Positions 53,357 to 63,035 of a stretch of 64,000 nt of DNA are shown here, piece by piece. The DNA is taken from IMG/VR virus record IMGVR_UViG_3300049218_000083, positions 69,861 to 133,860 of that record, one strand, 5' to 3'. The translations under genes were made by a program, and so were the position numbers. Each line of letters opens with the position of its first letter. Position 1 is the stretch's first letter. The notes below the pieces were generated by a model. That model did no database searches and was not told the DNA's origin. It worked only from the letters and a program-made list of their open reading frames with translations. The DNA is from a virus.

Positions 53357-53680
53357 TCAGGCATAAATGGTGTATAGGACGTGCGTAGAATATATCAGGT
53401 TAAGCACCATCAAGAAATTCGCGAACGCAATCATTCGACCGGCAAAGATCGCGTCCTTCACTAGAGTTATCCTGATCATCACCAACGCTGTGAACAGGAA
53501 GAAAAACAGTTTGACGTAGAAAAGGTTGACTGGATTCTCCCCAATGAAGTATGCCATGATGGGATTCAATTCCTGTCCACCCTTGACCTTCACGATGATC
53601 CATGTAAAGAAACTATCCAGGCTGTTTACTAGGATCGCTATCCAAAACTGGAGCCACATGAATGTTACCGACGTCATAAC
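53357..53680 (-). CDS. DUF5658-like membrane protein
   Basis: NSLDSFFT..GGQELNPIM; start approximate. Confidence 0.6.
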   Translation of the reverse strand, partial: VMTSVTFMWLQFWIAILVNSLDSFFTWIIVKVKGGQELNPIMAYFIGENPVNLFYVKLFFFLFTALVMIRITLVKDAIFAGRMIAFANFLMVLNLIYSTHVLYTIYA

Positions 53681-53864
53681 GAATTCCTTTACAGATAGGA
53701 CCACAAAGAACGCCACGAGAAGTCAGTGGCTTGTCACCTGGTAGCCAGTACCTGGATGCTGGAATCCAGTGTAGGCCATACGGTTCAGAATCAACATCGG
53801 CACCGCAACCCACACATTTCCAGGTCGCGCGATTTGCTGTCACAATTGGAAAGCTTACTTCCAA
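53613..53864 (-). CDS. Cys-containing hypothetical protein
   Basis: CVGC..CGPIC. Confidence 0.4.
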   Translation of the reverse strand: MEVSFPIVTANRATWKCVGCGADVDSEPYGLHWIPASRYWLPGDKPLTSRGVLCGPICKGIRYDVGNIHVAPVLDSDPSKQPG

Positions 53865-54379
53865 AGCGATTCAACCTTTTGGAGATACATGTAATAGAGA
53901 CCTTCAGACAATCCATAGGCTTCAATTTCCCATGGAGAGTTGAAGTATTCCCAGTCCATGGTCTTGCTCGTAGGAAGTGAGTAAAGCTTGCCTTCAAAAC
54001 GACTGTGAGTACCGTTGCTGTAGTCAAACAGCTGGTTGGTCAGATACTGCTTCACATGCACCATCTCGTGTGCAAGGAGCTTCAAGACGGTTTTGTAGGC
54101 AGTTAGAGTGTTCTCTGTCAACTTGTTGACAGATTTGTTATCGATCTTCACGGTGAACAGCTTCTTGCCGTTCAATTTGCCGTCGTAAGTCATCCAGGCT
54201 CCTGCCTCAGCCATCTCTTCGCGTTCGTCCTCTGGGAGGTCGTTACGATCGATGATACGAATACGAATGTTGGCATTCGCTATGACGCTGGGCTTGACGA
54301 ATCGCTCAAGAGCAAACTGGCAGAACTCGCGAATCAATTCACGAGCATCACGAAGTGGGACTCCATACACGATTAGCAT
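53855..54379 (-). CDS. Zn-metallopeptidase-like (HExxH) protein
   Basis: LAHEMVHVKQY..PWEIEAY. Confidence 0.8.
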   Translation of the reverse strand: MLIVYGVPLRDARELIREFCQFALERFVKPSVIANANIRIRIIDRNDLPEDEREEMAEAGAWMTYDGKLNGKKLFTVKIDNKSVNKLTENTLTAYKTVLKLLAHEMVHVKQYLTNQLFDYSNGTHSRFEGKLYSLPTSKTMDWEYFNSPWEIEAYGLSEGLYYMYLQKVESLWK

Positions 54380-54421
54380 TAGAGTTTTCCTCGGAAGGGT
54401 GGATAACTCTATTTAACCCTG

Positions 54422-54718
54422 TCATCCCAACAGCATGACTTTGCTAGGGTTATATTCGAATCCACCAATCTTAACCGATTTGATGGATTCCACGCGGAAG
54501 GAACGCCACGCGGACTTCTCGAGATCCCATACAGAGATAGTCGCCGAATCGGCTTCGATCACTGGCTGTGCACCTTTACCTTTGAATTCGCCTTCGAAGA
54601 ATTCTTCCTGAAGGGTTGCGATCATCCTGCGCTCGGTGCCATCGACCTTCGTAAACAAGATTTCGACTTTACCGTTCTGCAACAGGTTGCGGAGCTGGGC
54701 TGGGTTGATTGTAGACAT
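54422..54718 (-). CDS. WYL-like/SH3 conserved phage protein
   Basis: FTKVDGTERRM..VWDLEKSAWRSFR. Confidence 0.75.
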   Translation of the reverse strand: MSTINPAQLRNLLQNGKVEILFTKVDGTERRMIATLQEEFFEGEFKGKGAQPVIEADSATISVWDLEKSAWRSFRVESIKSVKIGGFEYNPSKVMLLG

Positions 54719-54768
54719 GGAATCTCCGAAGTAAGAAGGAATGTCATTGAGACTTTAAGTATGCGGTG

Positions 54769-55314
54769 TTACGTCGTAACAGTAAAGCCGAATTGTGCGA
54801 TGTAATAGGAGTCGATGATATCTGAGATCGGAGATCCAAGCTTCGCTTTCTCCCACATGGTAAGCCTCAATGATACGTCCTTTTTCCAAGCTTCATACAT
54901 CTGTTCTTTCTTGGCATTGCCTTTGCCAGTGGCGAACTTCTTGATGACGCTTGGTGGAATGACTGTGATGGGATGACCACGTTTCCACAGCTTGTATTTC
55001 ATCAGGCCAGTATTCTCAGCGATGTGAAACACTCTACCCTTGGAACCGAATGAGTAGTCTTCAATAAAAACTGGCGTGTTGGATGGTACGTTGAGAAGGA
55101 ACAACTTCTCGATGAAGAACTCCGAAATGTTTTCGTATCGCTCTTCTGGAGTTTTCCATTCCTTGTGAAATGAACCTTTGATCAGGTTATCGAAGAACGA
55201 ACCTTGATCTTTCTTGGTATCGGTTAGATAGTGGAATGATGCGTTGGCTAGTCCAGGACCAGACGCAACGCACATACAGGGACATGATAAAGAGAAGTCA
55301 AATCCGAGCAACAT
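54769..55314 (-). CDS. RuvC-like Holliday junction resolvase
   Basis: GFDFS; IEDYSF; KKFATGKGNAKKEQM; DIIDSY. Confidence 0.82.
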   Translation of the reverse strand: MLLGFDFSLSCPCMCVASGPGLANASFHYLTDTKKDQGSFFDNLIKGSFHKEWKTPEERYENISEFFIEKLFLLNVPSNTPVFIEDYSFGSKGRVFHIAENTGLMKYKLWKRGHPITVIPPSVIKKFATGKGNAKKEQMYEAWKKDVSLRLTMWEKAKLGSPISDIIDSYYIAQFGFTVTT

Positions 55315-55352
55315 AATACAACCACCTTTGTTCAGTGGCTGTATATAGGTGC

Positions 55353-55556
55353 TTAGTAATTGTCTTCTCGATCCTCGTCAGCTTCCTCTTCGTCATCCTC
55401 GCGGTCATCTTCCTCGACCTCTACCGCGAATCCACAGAATGGGCAGTACTGTGGCAATGGATTGCTGACAGCATGCTTCGCCCACTTGACGGTTGACTCT
55501 GAATCGCAAGACTCACAAATTAGCGTGAGCGTTTCTTTGCTTTCTCGTTTAGCCAT
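55353..55556 (-). CDS. Zn-ribbon protein with acidic tail
   Basis: CESC..CPFCG. Confidence 0.6.
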   Translation of the reverse strand: MAKRESKETLTLICESCDSESTVKWAKHAVSNPLPQYCPFCGFAVEVEEDDREDDEEEADEDREDNY

Positions 55557-55680
55557 GAATCGGTTCCTTTACTCCATTGAAGTTTGCTGATTTCAACAAC
55601 AGTGTATTCCACTTCAAGAATTCTTGGTGCAGTCGTGATTCCTACTGCGTTAAGAATTCCTGTTGCGTTTATTGTTTCTC

Positions 55681-57579
55681 TTAGAGTTCGCATACCCCGG
55701 AGCTACAAGCCAAGTTTTGGGCACCGATGGTGTTGTCGTCTTCTTCTCTGAAGGCAGTCCAGTCGATACTTCCTTTAGATGCTGCGACCAGTTCCTTGTA
55801 TTTTTCTTCGGTGACTTCTTCATATGGTGCCTGACGGTATGAACCAGTATCACGAGGCAGGAAGCTTACTCCTGACAGGCGGTCTATGTGTCTGTAAACC
55901 CAAGCACCGACTTCCATCCATTCATCGTCACCAACATACACAGTGATAGAAGGCTTATGTTCGCACCAGTTGTCCTGGAATACCAACCAGTGTTCCAACT
56001 GATGAAGAGCGCTCACGTCCTTTACCAAACGTGAACCTTCCGGTGCTTTCATTGGGAATGAAAACACCCAATTGCTCTTGTTGTAGAAATCTTCTTCAGC
56101 CTTGTATCCTTTCTCCATCATGTAAGTCGCGAGTGGATCGGTCTTAGCCAAACGAACACGTCGTATGTAGTATTGTGCATATCTTGGATGAATACCAGAT
56201 GCGGCATCTGTCAACTGTGAAACTGTACCTGATGGCTTGACGCACGTGATAGCAGCTGAATGTTCGATGCCAAGAATATCAGCAAACTCAACGTTGGTGT
56301 CTACAGCCTTTTGCCGAAGTGTACGCAGCAGCTCTCCACCCCAAACACTGTTGTCATCGTCACCCAATCCGTTCAAATGTGGATTGTCCATAATGCCGGT
56401 CAAACTGACGCCCAACAAACGCTCTTCCTCAGTGTTCTTTTTCCACTTCTTGTTGATGTAGCGGAAATCTGAGACTGTGCTCTGGATAGTTCCCAGGATA
56501 GCAGCCAAACGAACTTTTCTTAAAAGATCTTCTGGCCTATCGTTTGCACGAACAACAACCTCAGACAGATTGCAGAACTGATATGGACGTAGGATGATTT
56601 CAGAACATGGGTTGGTTCCATAGTCGATCTCAGGATCACGGCGACCAAACTGTGACGCAATCAACTGCGATGCCTTACGTGAGAAAATACCACGCTCGCC
56701 GGAATGACTCTTCAACAATGCCAACCACTCTGACATGAATGTTTCCATGTCTGGCTTGACTTCGTACACCGCGCTGATGTTGGCAAGGGCACGCTGTCCG
56801 TTGTCGAGCCACCAGTTGCCAGACTTCGCCTGACGCATCTTATCATCGTTCAAGTCGGTAAGGCTAATCAATGCTGAACGGCGAACACCGCCAGACACAA
56901 TGACGTCTGCAACCTTACACACTACGTCATGACACTCGAGAGGACTTAGCTTTCTTCCTCGTGCTTTGTTGAATACTGTGACTGTGAACTTGAGCAAGTC
57001 GACCAATGGCTCTGGTCCTGAAGCTCGTCCACCGAATGTCTTGAGTCTTGCTCCTGCTGGACGCAACTGGCTGACATCGTATTTCGCAATCTTTCCAGAA
57101 TACAGGAGTGATACGAACTCACGGAATCCAGATGCCCAGCCAAGTTTGGAGTCCTTAAAGATAATGGTGGTATCGGTTTCGTGAAGCTCATCTGGCACCT
57201 CAGGAAGCTTGTTGGTGTAACGTGATTCGACGCTGAATCCTACTCCGCAACCGCAGCTGAGCAAGTACATAATTTCGTCAAATGATTTTGGATTGTCGAT
57301 TGGAAGATAAGAGCAATTGTATCCTGCGACATTGTCCTTGTCGAGCGCTGGACCAGCGGTCATCAAAGAACGCATGGATGGCATGACTTCCAAGTTCAGA
57401 ATTGCTGAACGAAGTTCATCCCAAGGAATCTTGCGGGACTTGATTCGTCCTTTGAAAAAGTCGATGTATCGGTCTACGGTTTCTTCCCAAGTTTCTCTTC
57501 GACCCAGATCGTCACGGAAGCGAGCATAGTGTCCTACATGGATGAAAGCTTGATAGATTGTCGGCAACTCAACACTCAT
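55681..57579 (-). CDS. nrdJ: Class II (B12-dependent) ribonucleotide reductase
   Basis: RRETWEETVDR; SGGVRRSA; TNPCSEI..FCNL; KPSGTVSQ..ASGIHP; C-term CSSGVC. Confidence 0.92.
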   Translation of the reverse strand: MSVELPTIYQAFIHVGHYARFRDDLGRRETWEETVDRYIDFFKGRIKSRKIPWDELRSAILNLEVMPSMRSLMTAGPALDKDNVAGYNCSYLPIDNPKSFDEIMYLLSCGCGVGFSVESRYTNKLPEVPDELHETDTTIIFKDSKLGWASGFREFVSLLYSGKIAKYDVSQLRPAGARLKTFGGRASGPEPLVDLLKFTVTVFNKARGRKLSPLECHDVVCKVADVIVSGGVRRSALISLTDLNDDKMRQAKSGNWWLDNGQRALANISAVYEVKPDMETFMSEWLALLKSHSGERGIFSRKASQLIASQFGRRDPEIDYGTNPCSEIILRPYQFCNLSEVVVRANDRPEDLLRKVRLAAILGTIQSTVSDFRYINKKWKKNTEEERLLGVSLTGIMDNPHLNGLGDDDNSVWGGELLRTLRQKAVDTNVEFADILGIEHSAAITCVKPSGTVSQLTDAASGIHPRYAQYYIRRVRLAKTDPLATYMMEKGYKAEEDFYNKSNWVFSFPMKAPEGSRLVKDVSALHQLEHWLVFQDNWCEHKPSITVYVGDDEWMEVGAWVYRHIDRLSGVSFLPRDTGSYRQAPYEEVTEEKYKELVAASKGSIDWTAFREEDDNTIGAQNLACSSGVCEL

Positions 57580-58030
57580 TAAAATCTCCCTGGAACAAAG
57601 CCTTCAGGTATCTCACCTGGCTTGACTCTTTTATTTGTAATACCATTATTGACCCATAATCTACCAACACAATTTTTATTTCCTTTTGCTTTCTCGCTTA
57701 AGAGCTTGCAAACTTCTGGACGAATTGGTTGGACAGACATCACATTAAATGTTGGCTTCAATTCTTTCAAAAGGACTTGCTCATATTCACGAGCTTCCTT
57801 TCTTGATAAATTTCTACCTAAACTTTCACCCATTGTTCTGGAGTGAACCCATCATTTAACAAACCTGTAATCCAATTTCTGTGCTCTACGTTTCCATGGC
57901 TTGTTGGTGAGCACACAAATGCTCTACCGCCAGATCCCATTCCGACATACATTGTTTCGCCACTTATTGGTTCAATGTGAGCGTACACATAAAATTTGGA
58001 GAATAGTAATTTGAGACATCGACGTGTCAT
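57579..58030 (-). pseudogene. Frameshifted GIY-YIG endonuclease
   Basis: YVYAHIEP..YVGMGSGGRA..WVKV* continues as LGRNLSRKEAREYE in the -1 frame at ~57820. Confidence 0.7.
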
Positions 58031-58086
58031 GATAGATTCTTTTTAGTTAGGGATGTATGTAGTGAACGGGAATTTTACGATGTATC

Positions 58087-58299
58087 TTACTGATTCTCAA
58101 CCCAGAACTTTCCACATACACCACAGCTACAATGTCTGTAGTATTTGGTTGGTTCAGCATATCCATCATCAGAATGATTTGTAATACCTACCATCTCTTT
58201 TGGGTGGCTGCATTCTTCTTGTATTTTTGTAAGTTCTTCGCCAGCACGCTTTATAGCATACTTTGCGTCTTGGGCTCGTTCAAACAGTGACTTTGTCAT
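58087..58299 (-). CDS. Hypothetical Zn-binding protein
   Basis: CSHP..CSCGVCGK. Confidence 0.55.
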   Translation of the reverse strand: MTKSLFERAQDAKYAIKRAGEELTKIQEECSHPKEMVGITNHSDDGYAEPTKYYRHCSCGVCGKFWVENQ

Positions 58300-58993
58300 T
58301 TCGTATCTCATCAAAAGCTGCAATGGTGACTGGGACAATTGGTGTAATCAGTTTCTTCATAGCCTGGGCATAGACACGAACTTCATGTTGAGCATGGTCG
58401 TGGTCACGTAGAACCGTGAAGTTGTTAAGAAGGTTGTGTAAATTTACAGTAGCGAACATCTTGGAATACATCGCTACAGGCAACACAATACGCGCCAACT
58501 CCCGAGGAGTACCTTCTTTCAACAATCTTAGATAGGTCCTGTACGATCGTGTAATGCTTGCGTACATCTGGGTTTGGATCCACTGCGCTTTTGGATGCTG
58601 CTCTTTAGTGCGCTGCTGTTTGTTTGCAACACTCTGAGTCGTAATTTGATCTAGATCTGGAATATAGAATCCCATATCCAGTTCGGTGTAACGAGCGCTC
58701 ACTTCATTGTATGACCAAGTACGATGACGATGCCATTGGCGATACACGAAAATTGGAGCCTTGACTTCAAACGTGAATGTAACAGACTCGAATGGTGAAG
58801 TGTGATGATTCTTCATTAAGTAATGAACCAGCTTGGCGTCCTTACCAACAGCTTCTCCAGTTTCTGGTTCGCGCCAGTCTGCATCGTAAGATACTCGTGC
58901 TGAACGAACCACAGAAAGATCATCACCCATGTGATCAACCAAGCGGACATATCCGCCGTTGAGAACATCGATTTGTAAATTATTATCTCTCAT
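58280..58993 (-). CDS. thyX: Flavin-dependent thymidylate synthase
   Basis: ARVSY; HTSPFE; RQWHRHRTWSYNEVSARY; ELARIVLP. Confidence 0.95.
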   Translation of the reverse strand: MRDNNLQIDVLNGGYVRLVDHMGDDLSVVRSARVSYDADWREPETGEAVGKDAKLVHYLMKNHHTSPFESVTFTFEVKAPIFVYRQWHRHRTWSYNEVSARYTELDMGFYIPDLDQITTQSVANKQQRTKEQHPKAQWIQTQMYASITRSYRTYLRLLKEGTPRELARIVLPVAMYSKMFATVNLHNLLNNFTVLRDHDHAQHEVRVYAQAMKKLITPIVPVTIAAFDEIRNDKVTV

Positions 58994-59138
58994 CTTTATC
59001 CTTATTATCTAGCAAATATTCTGGAATGTATGGGCAATTATATGCTGCAACTACCCAACCACATTTCTTGCAGGTTGCTACACCTACACCAGATTGTGGA
59101 TGCGCCCAAACAGCGGTGCCTCCGCAATCACACTTCAT
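58983..59138 (-). CDS. Small Zn-finger protein (51 aa)
   Basis: Manual translation MKCDCGG..CKKCG; TAATG coupling. Confidence 0.55.
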   Translation of the reverse strand: MKCDCGGTAVWAHPQSGVGVATCKKCGWVVAAYNCPYIPEYLLDNKDKDER

Positions 59139-60175
59139 TAGCTCTTTCTCCAACTGGTAAGACGCAACTGAGCCTCCAACCCCGATACTGTATTTTCATC
59201 AATGATACGTCGTATTTCTTCTGCTGTTAAACCAGCAAGAATAGCTTCGTTGATATCTTTCCCTGGGAATGATTCAGGAAATAAACATACATCCCAACCA
59301 TCGTCAATTGCTTTACGAATGGTCTTACAGATTTCACGATTCCGTGGTTCGTTATCAAATACAAGGATTGGACTGATACCCAAAGTATCCAACAACCACT
59401 CAGCAGTTCCCGCCAGGTTACTATCTCCAGACGCAATAGCATTTGGAAGAAACATAGCATCGAACTGACCTTCGAGCAAATATACAGGATGATCTTTTGG
59501 CTTAAGTCTGTGAAGGTTGAACACCTTACGCGACTCACTAACTTTAACTGTGATGTATCGAAACTTTGCATCTGCACCAAACGAACGACCAGTGACGTTG
59601 GTCACCTCACCTTGGAAGTTGGTATAGAACACAACGATGCGTGGATCATTTTCAATCAGATTCTGTTTGCCGTGATTTGGCCACATATGATCAAGGAACT
59701 TCTTGTAGTCCTCAGCATAGTAAATCTCAGACCAGTATTCTCTTGGGATTTTTCGATTCTCGATGTACTTGCGCGCATAGTGATCTTCATGGAGACTCTC
59801 GATCGATGGAATCGAAACATCACGATGACCAATTAACTTCGAGTCGATTGGTTCAGGTTCAGGTTCAGCAGTCTTGGTTTCTTCTTTTGGTTTTTGGTCC
59901 TTGAATCTTTCCATGATGTATTCCTTGTACTGCGCTGGATCAAGGAATTTCAGAAAGTGAGTGAAATTTGTGGATATGTTACAATTCCAACACTTGTAAC
60001 CATATCCGTTGTACTCTTGCGCTTTGAAAATGTAGCCGCGAGCCTTCAACATGTTGCGTTTCGAGTCGCCACAGAACGGGCAACGAAAACGATATAGATC
60101 CGGGGCAGTTTCTTTGAATTGTTGGAGCCGCGCAGAGATCAATAACAAATATTTGCGGTCAAGGTAGATCGACAT
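59138..60175 (-). CDS. gp61: DNA primase gp61
   Basis: FRCPFCGDS..CWNC; EGQFDAMF; FDNEPRN; KDINE. Confidence 0.95.
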   Translation of the reverse strand: MSIYLDRKYLLLISARLQQFKETAPDLYRFRCPFCGDSKRNMLKARGYIFKAQEYNGYGYKCWNCNISTNFTHFLKFLDPAQYKEYIMERFKDQKPKEETKTAEPEPEPIDSKLIGHRDVSIPSIESLHEDHYARKYIENRKIPREYWSEIYYAEDYKKFLDHMWPNHGKQNLIENDPRIVVFYTNFQGEVTNVTGRSFGADAKFRYITVKVSESRKVFNLHRLKPKDHPVYLLEGQFDAMFLPNAIASGDSNLAGTAEWLLDTLGISPILVFDNEPRNREICKTIRKAIDDGWDVCLFPESFPGKDINEAILAGLTAEEIRRIIDENTVSGLEAQLRLTSWRKS

Positions 60176-60199
60176 ACCCCAATCATAACCTGAAATGGC

Positions 60200-60655
60200 T
60201 TAATTGAAAAGTGCTGTAATCAATCCCCACTTGTGTGTAATGACAGCTGCCATTACGACTGCACCAATGGACAGGTATTTCCAGTTCTCAACGATAGTTT
60301 TGAAGAAGCCGATCTTTGGATCTTCCTTGCTCTCTTTCTTCTCGACGCCATCGACAGCCGCAGTAGTGACAAGATTGATGTGAGTGATGAGATCTTTCTT
60401 CAGATCATCCAATCGTTCCATGGTGCGTGCTTCGTGTTCATCAAGCTGTTCCTTGATGTCTTCGTTCAGCTTTTCCTGATTCTTGAACTTCTCGTCATGA
60501 ACCTTGATGGCGCTGTTGTTTACATCCGTGACATCGACATAGCGTTCCAACGCAACCTGCATCTTTTCCAGCATTTTGGTATGCTGGTCAGAATCACGCT
60601 TCAGAAGTTCAACACTAATTTCTAGCTCGTGGATTCTTTCAAGATCCTGTGACAT
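60200..60655 (-). CDS. Coiled-coil protein with C-terminal TM
   Basis: Heptad pattern; hydrophobic C-term. Confidence 0.6.
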   Translation of the reverse strand: MSQDLERIHELEISVELLKRDSDQHTKMLEKMQVALERYVDVTDVNNSAIKVHDEKFKNQEKLNEDIKEQLDEHEARTMERLDDLKKDLITHINLVTTAAVDGVEKKESKEDPKIGFFKTIVENWKYLSIGAVVMAAVITHKWGLITALFN

Positions 60656-60827
60656 CTTTACTCTCTGCTGGCGCAGCGACTGGCGCTGGCTTCTTGATGG
60701 TTTGAAGTGGCGGAAGTGGAGCCATCAAGGTTGCAGGAGCATCAGGAAAAACATACTGAGGAACAAGCTTGGTGTTGACGCATCCAGTTAACAAAAGAAT
60801 GGAAGCAATTAAGATTTTGACGTTCAT
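60639..60827 (-). CDS. Pro-rich lipoprotein, o-spanin (Rz1)-like
   Basis: Lipobox LTGC; PDAPATLMAPLPPL. Confidence 0.6.
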   Translation of the reverse strand: MNVKILIASILLLTGCVNTKLVPQYVFPDAPATLMAPLPPLQTIKKPAPVAAPAESKDVTGS

Positions 60828-60830
60828 GGG

Positions 60831-61148
60831 TTATGTTCCACTCGTATTTGTTGTTTGGCTCGATGTAGTTACGACTCGACTTGATGTTGTTATTGCTTGA
60901 TTGTCACCAGGCACATCTTGTTCTGTCGTTTCCTTGATCTTGATAGAAGCACCACCACCAGCCAAGATACCGCCAAATGCGATACCGAAGTTGATCATGT
61001 TGAATGTAGATGGAGCCAAGATGGTTGTATAGATGACCAATCCAAAGAAGATCAGCGTACCTATCACCCACAGGATTCGTGCTGTATCGAAAGACGTGCC
61101 GTCCTTCTCAGTCGAAATATCCTTCAAGACTCTCGAAAACAACATCAT
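60831..61148 (-). CDS. Two-TM protein, holin candidate
   Basis: Two hydrophobic helices; next to putative endolysin. Confidence 0.45.
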   Translation of the reverse strand: MMLFSRVLKDISTEKDGTSFDTARILWVIGTLIFFGLVIYTTILAPSTFNMINFGIAFGGILAGGGASIKIKETTEQDVPGDNQAITTSSRVVTTSSQTTNTSGT

Positions 61149-61150
61149 GA

Positions 61151-61633
61151 TTATTCACCAAGAACATACTTTTTGTATTTAGCAACGAACTCATCGTGCG
61201 TAGCTGCACCTGCTGGCGTGTTGTACCACTTCTTGTAATATGCCCAGATTTGCTCAATATCATTGGCAGGAGGCACAGCACCAGGCTTACGAAGGTAATG
61301 GACGCGTGCCATACAAATAGCATACTGATCGTTGTTGATCATGTCGTCGACAGTTCCCTGACGACCACCGTTGTAATTCTTAATTTGAAATGCAAGAGTT
61401 GCATGATACTGGAGATAATTCGTCCAGATGTCATTGAAATCTTCACCTTCCATCTGGAAGATTCCACGTGCTGGCCCACCGCCACCTTGTGTACGGTAGA
61501 CACCGAAATTGCTTTCGTTTGCACAGGTCGCCAACAGAAGTTCTTCAACGTCTGGTGTCCAGAGTGAAAGTGGCTTCAGAGTTGCTTCGATATTTGCTCG
61601 GAGTGCTTTTGGATCTAGTGGTTGTCCGCTCAT
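61151..61633 (-). CDS. Lysozyme-like superfamily protein, endolysin candidate
   Basis: ANES..GPARGIFQME..ARVHYLR..YYKKWYNT. Confidence 0.6.
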   Translation of the reverse strand: MSGQPLDPKALRANIEATLKPLSLWTPDVEELLLATCANESNFGVYRTQGGGGPARGIFQMEGEDFNDIWTNYLQYHATLAFQIKNYNGGRQGTVDDMINNDQYAICMARVHYLRKPGAVPPANDIEQIWAYYKKWYNTPAGAATHDEFVAKYKKYVLGE

Positions 61634-62172
61634 TCTGGCCTCTTTCGACGCGCATAGTTGTCGGCAACCTTGTGCTTGATCTTCTGGTCCAAACGCTTGC
61701 GACGCTTGTCCTTCTCCATAGCATAGTTGGTGGTTGGGTCTGTGATAGATGGAACAGCTGCGCCAGAGCCAACACTCATAGCAACGTTTTCTTTGATCGC
61801 TGGCTTCTTAGTTGCCTTGTCTGCCATGTGTGAGAAGTAGTCATTAGAGACTGGCTTCTTGTGGTGTGTCAAATCAGGACGAAGCATTTTCATACGAGCA
61901 GTTTGACTGAGACGCATGTTTGCGGTTGCTTCGCTTTCCTTGCCTTCCCCAAGACCATGACTTGTTGGGCCAGTATGGGATGCCTTAGCCGTCGTTGCTG
62001 TTCTGGAACTCATTGGACGCGTGACAAGCTTTTGCTTGCCAATGCCAGCTACACCACCAATGGTTGGTCCACCTGGTTGGGTTTGCTGTTGCTTCTGCTT
62101 ACCAGATACAGCGTTGTTCTTAGAAACAACACTTTTGACTGTATCTATGGTCGTTCTTGTATTCGCGTTCAT
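61630..62172 (-). CDS. Basic low-complexity hypothetical protein
   Basis: 180-aa ORF. Confidence 0.6.
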   Translation of the reverse strand: MNANTRTTIDTVKSVVSKNNAVSGKQKQQQTQPGGPTIGGVAGIGKQKLVTRPMSSRTATTAKASHTGPTSHGLGEGKESEATANMRLSQTARMKMLRPDLTHHKKPVSNDYFSHMADKATKKPAIKENVAMSVGSGAAVPSITDPTTNYAMEKDKRRKRLDQKIKHKVADNYARRKRPE

Positions 62173-62558
62173 TTCAATGCTCTCAATGCTTCGATTGCCT
62201 GTTCGTCCATCTGGATTTCATCTGTAAATATCGTCTTCCCCTTTACCATCTGAATTTGAACTGGCAACACGTTCAAATACAAAAGGAAAGGTTTGATCAC
62301 CTTCCAGTCTTTCTCTTCTAACCTCAGCCACAGCAACCGAGTCGCTGAACTGATCCCAAAAACGTTCACGAAGATGATCAGGTGGTTCAACAACAACCGA
62401 TCTTTCAAAATTCCTGTCGAGTAATACTTCGAGAGGAGCCTCTTGATGTACAGAATCCTATTCAGGTCTTCTTCGAACTCTGACTGCACAGCTGATGGTC
62501 TAGCATAAACTTTCGCAGCAAACAACACATAATTGTCATCGTTCAAATCTGTAATCAT
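62169..62558 (-). CDS. Conserved T4-like hypothetical protein
   Basis: EFEEDLNRILYIKRLL..RLLLNHLII..NVFG. Confidence 0.75.
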   Translation of the reverse strand: MITDLNDDNYVLFAAKVYARPSAVQSEFEEDLNRILYIKRLLSKYYSTGILKDRLLLNHLIIFVNVFGISSATRLLWLRLEEKDWKVIKPFLLYLNVLPVQIQMVKGKTIFTDEIQMDEQAIEALRALK

Positions 62559-62570
62559 ATAGGTTTTCAA

Positions 62571-63035
62571 TTATTCTGAAGAGCCACCAGCATCATTTTC
62601 TGCATGACGGATTTTCGTCAAATATGAAGTCTGGTCAGGAGTGTCTGTATCAGGATAGTCAGCTGGATCAATGCTCACCAAAAATTCCAGTTCCTCTTGA
62701 TCAACGACCTGCGCATAACACTCATAATGACCTTGATCATTGCGATTAACAATGATGTAAATGTAAGCATCAGTTTGATCGCCGCGTTCATCTTCGATTG
62801 GGTAGACGTATTCGCCTTCTACTTCAACCGGATCCTGGACATCGATTGACAGTGGAACTGGGTCAAGTCCATCAAGTTCCATCATCGGCAATACGATACC
62901 ATGAAGATCAAGTACAGCGCGAACAGCCGTGATGAATATCGTTGGTGATGTGAATGGCTTGAGAGTGATTTGATCCAAGAGATCATTCGCTCTACCAATG
63001 TCAACTACAGAATCGAAGCTTACCGGCTCAGTCAT
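62571..63035 (-). CDS. Acidic hypothetical protein
   Basis: Start MTEPV coupled to upstream stop. Confidence 0.55.
   Translation of the reverse strand: MTEPVSFDSVVDIGRANDLLDQITLKPFTSPTIFITAVRAVLDLHGIVLPMMELDGLDPVPLSIDVQDPVEVEGEYVYPIEDERGDQTDAYIYIIVNRNDQGHYECYAQVVDQEELEFLVSIDPADYPDTDTPDQTSYLTKIRHAENDAGGSSE

Noticed and set aside
28405-57830. Coordinated programmed frameshifting at 28420, 45088, 49935 and 57820
   Set aside because: All are single-base indels in short homopolymers of dispensable genes; decay or assembly error is simpler
55681-58993. Group I introns or inteins in nrdJ or thyX
   Set aside because: Both ORFs are contiguous and of normal length; the endonuclease remnant is free-standing
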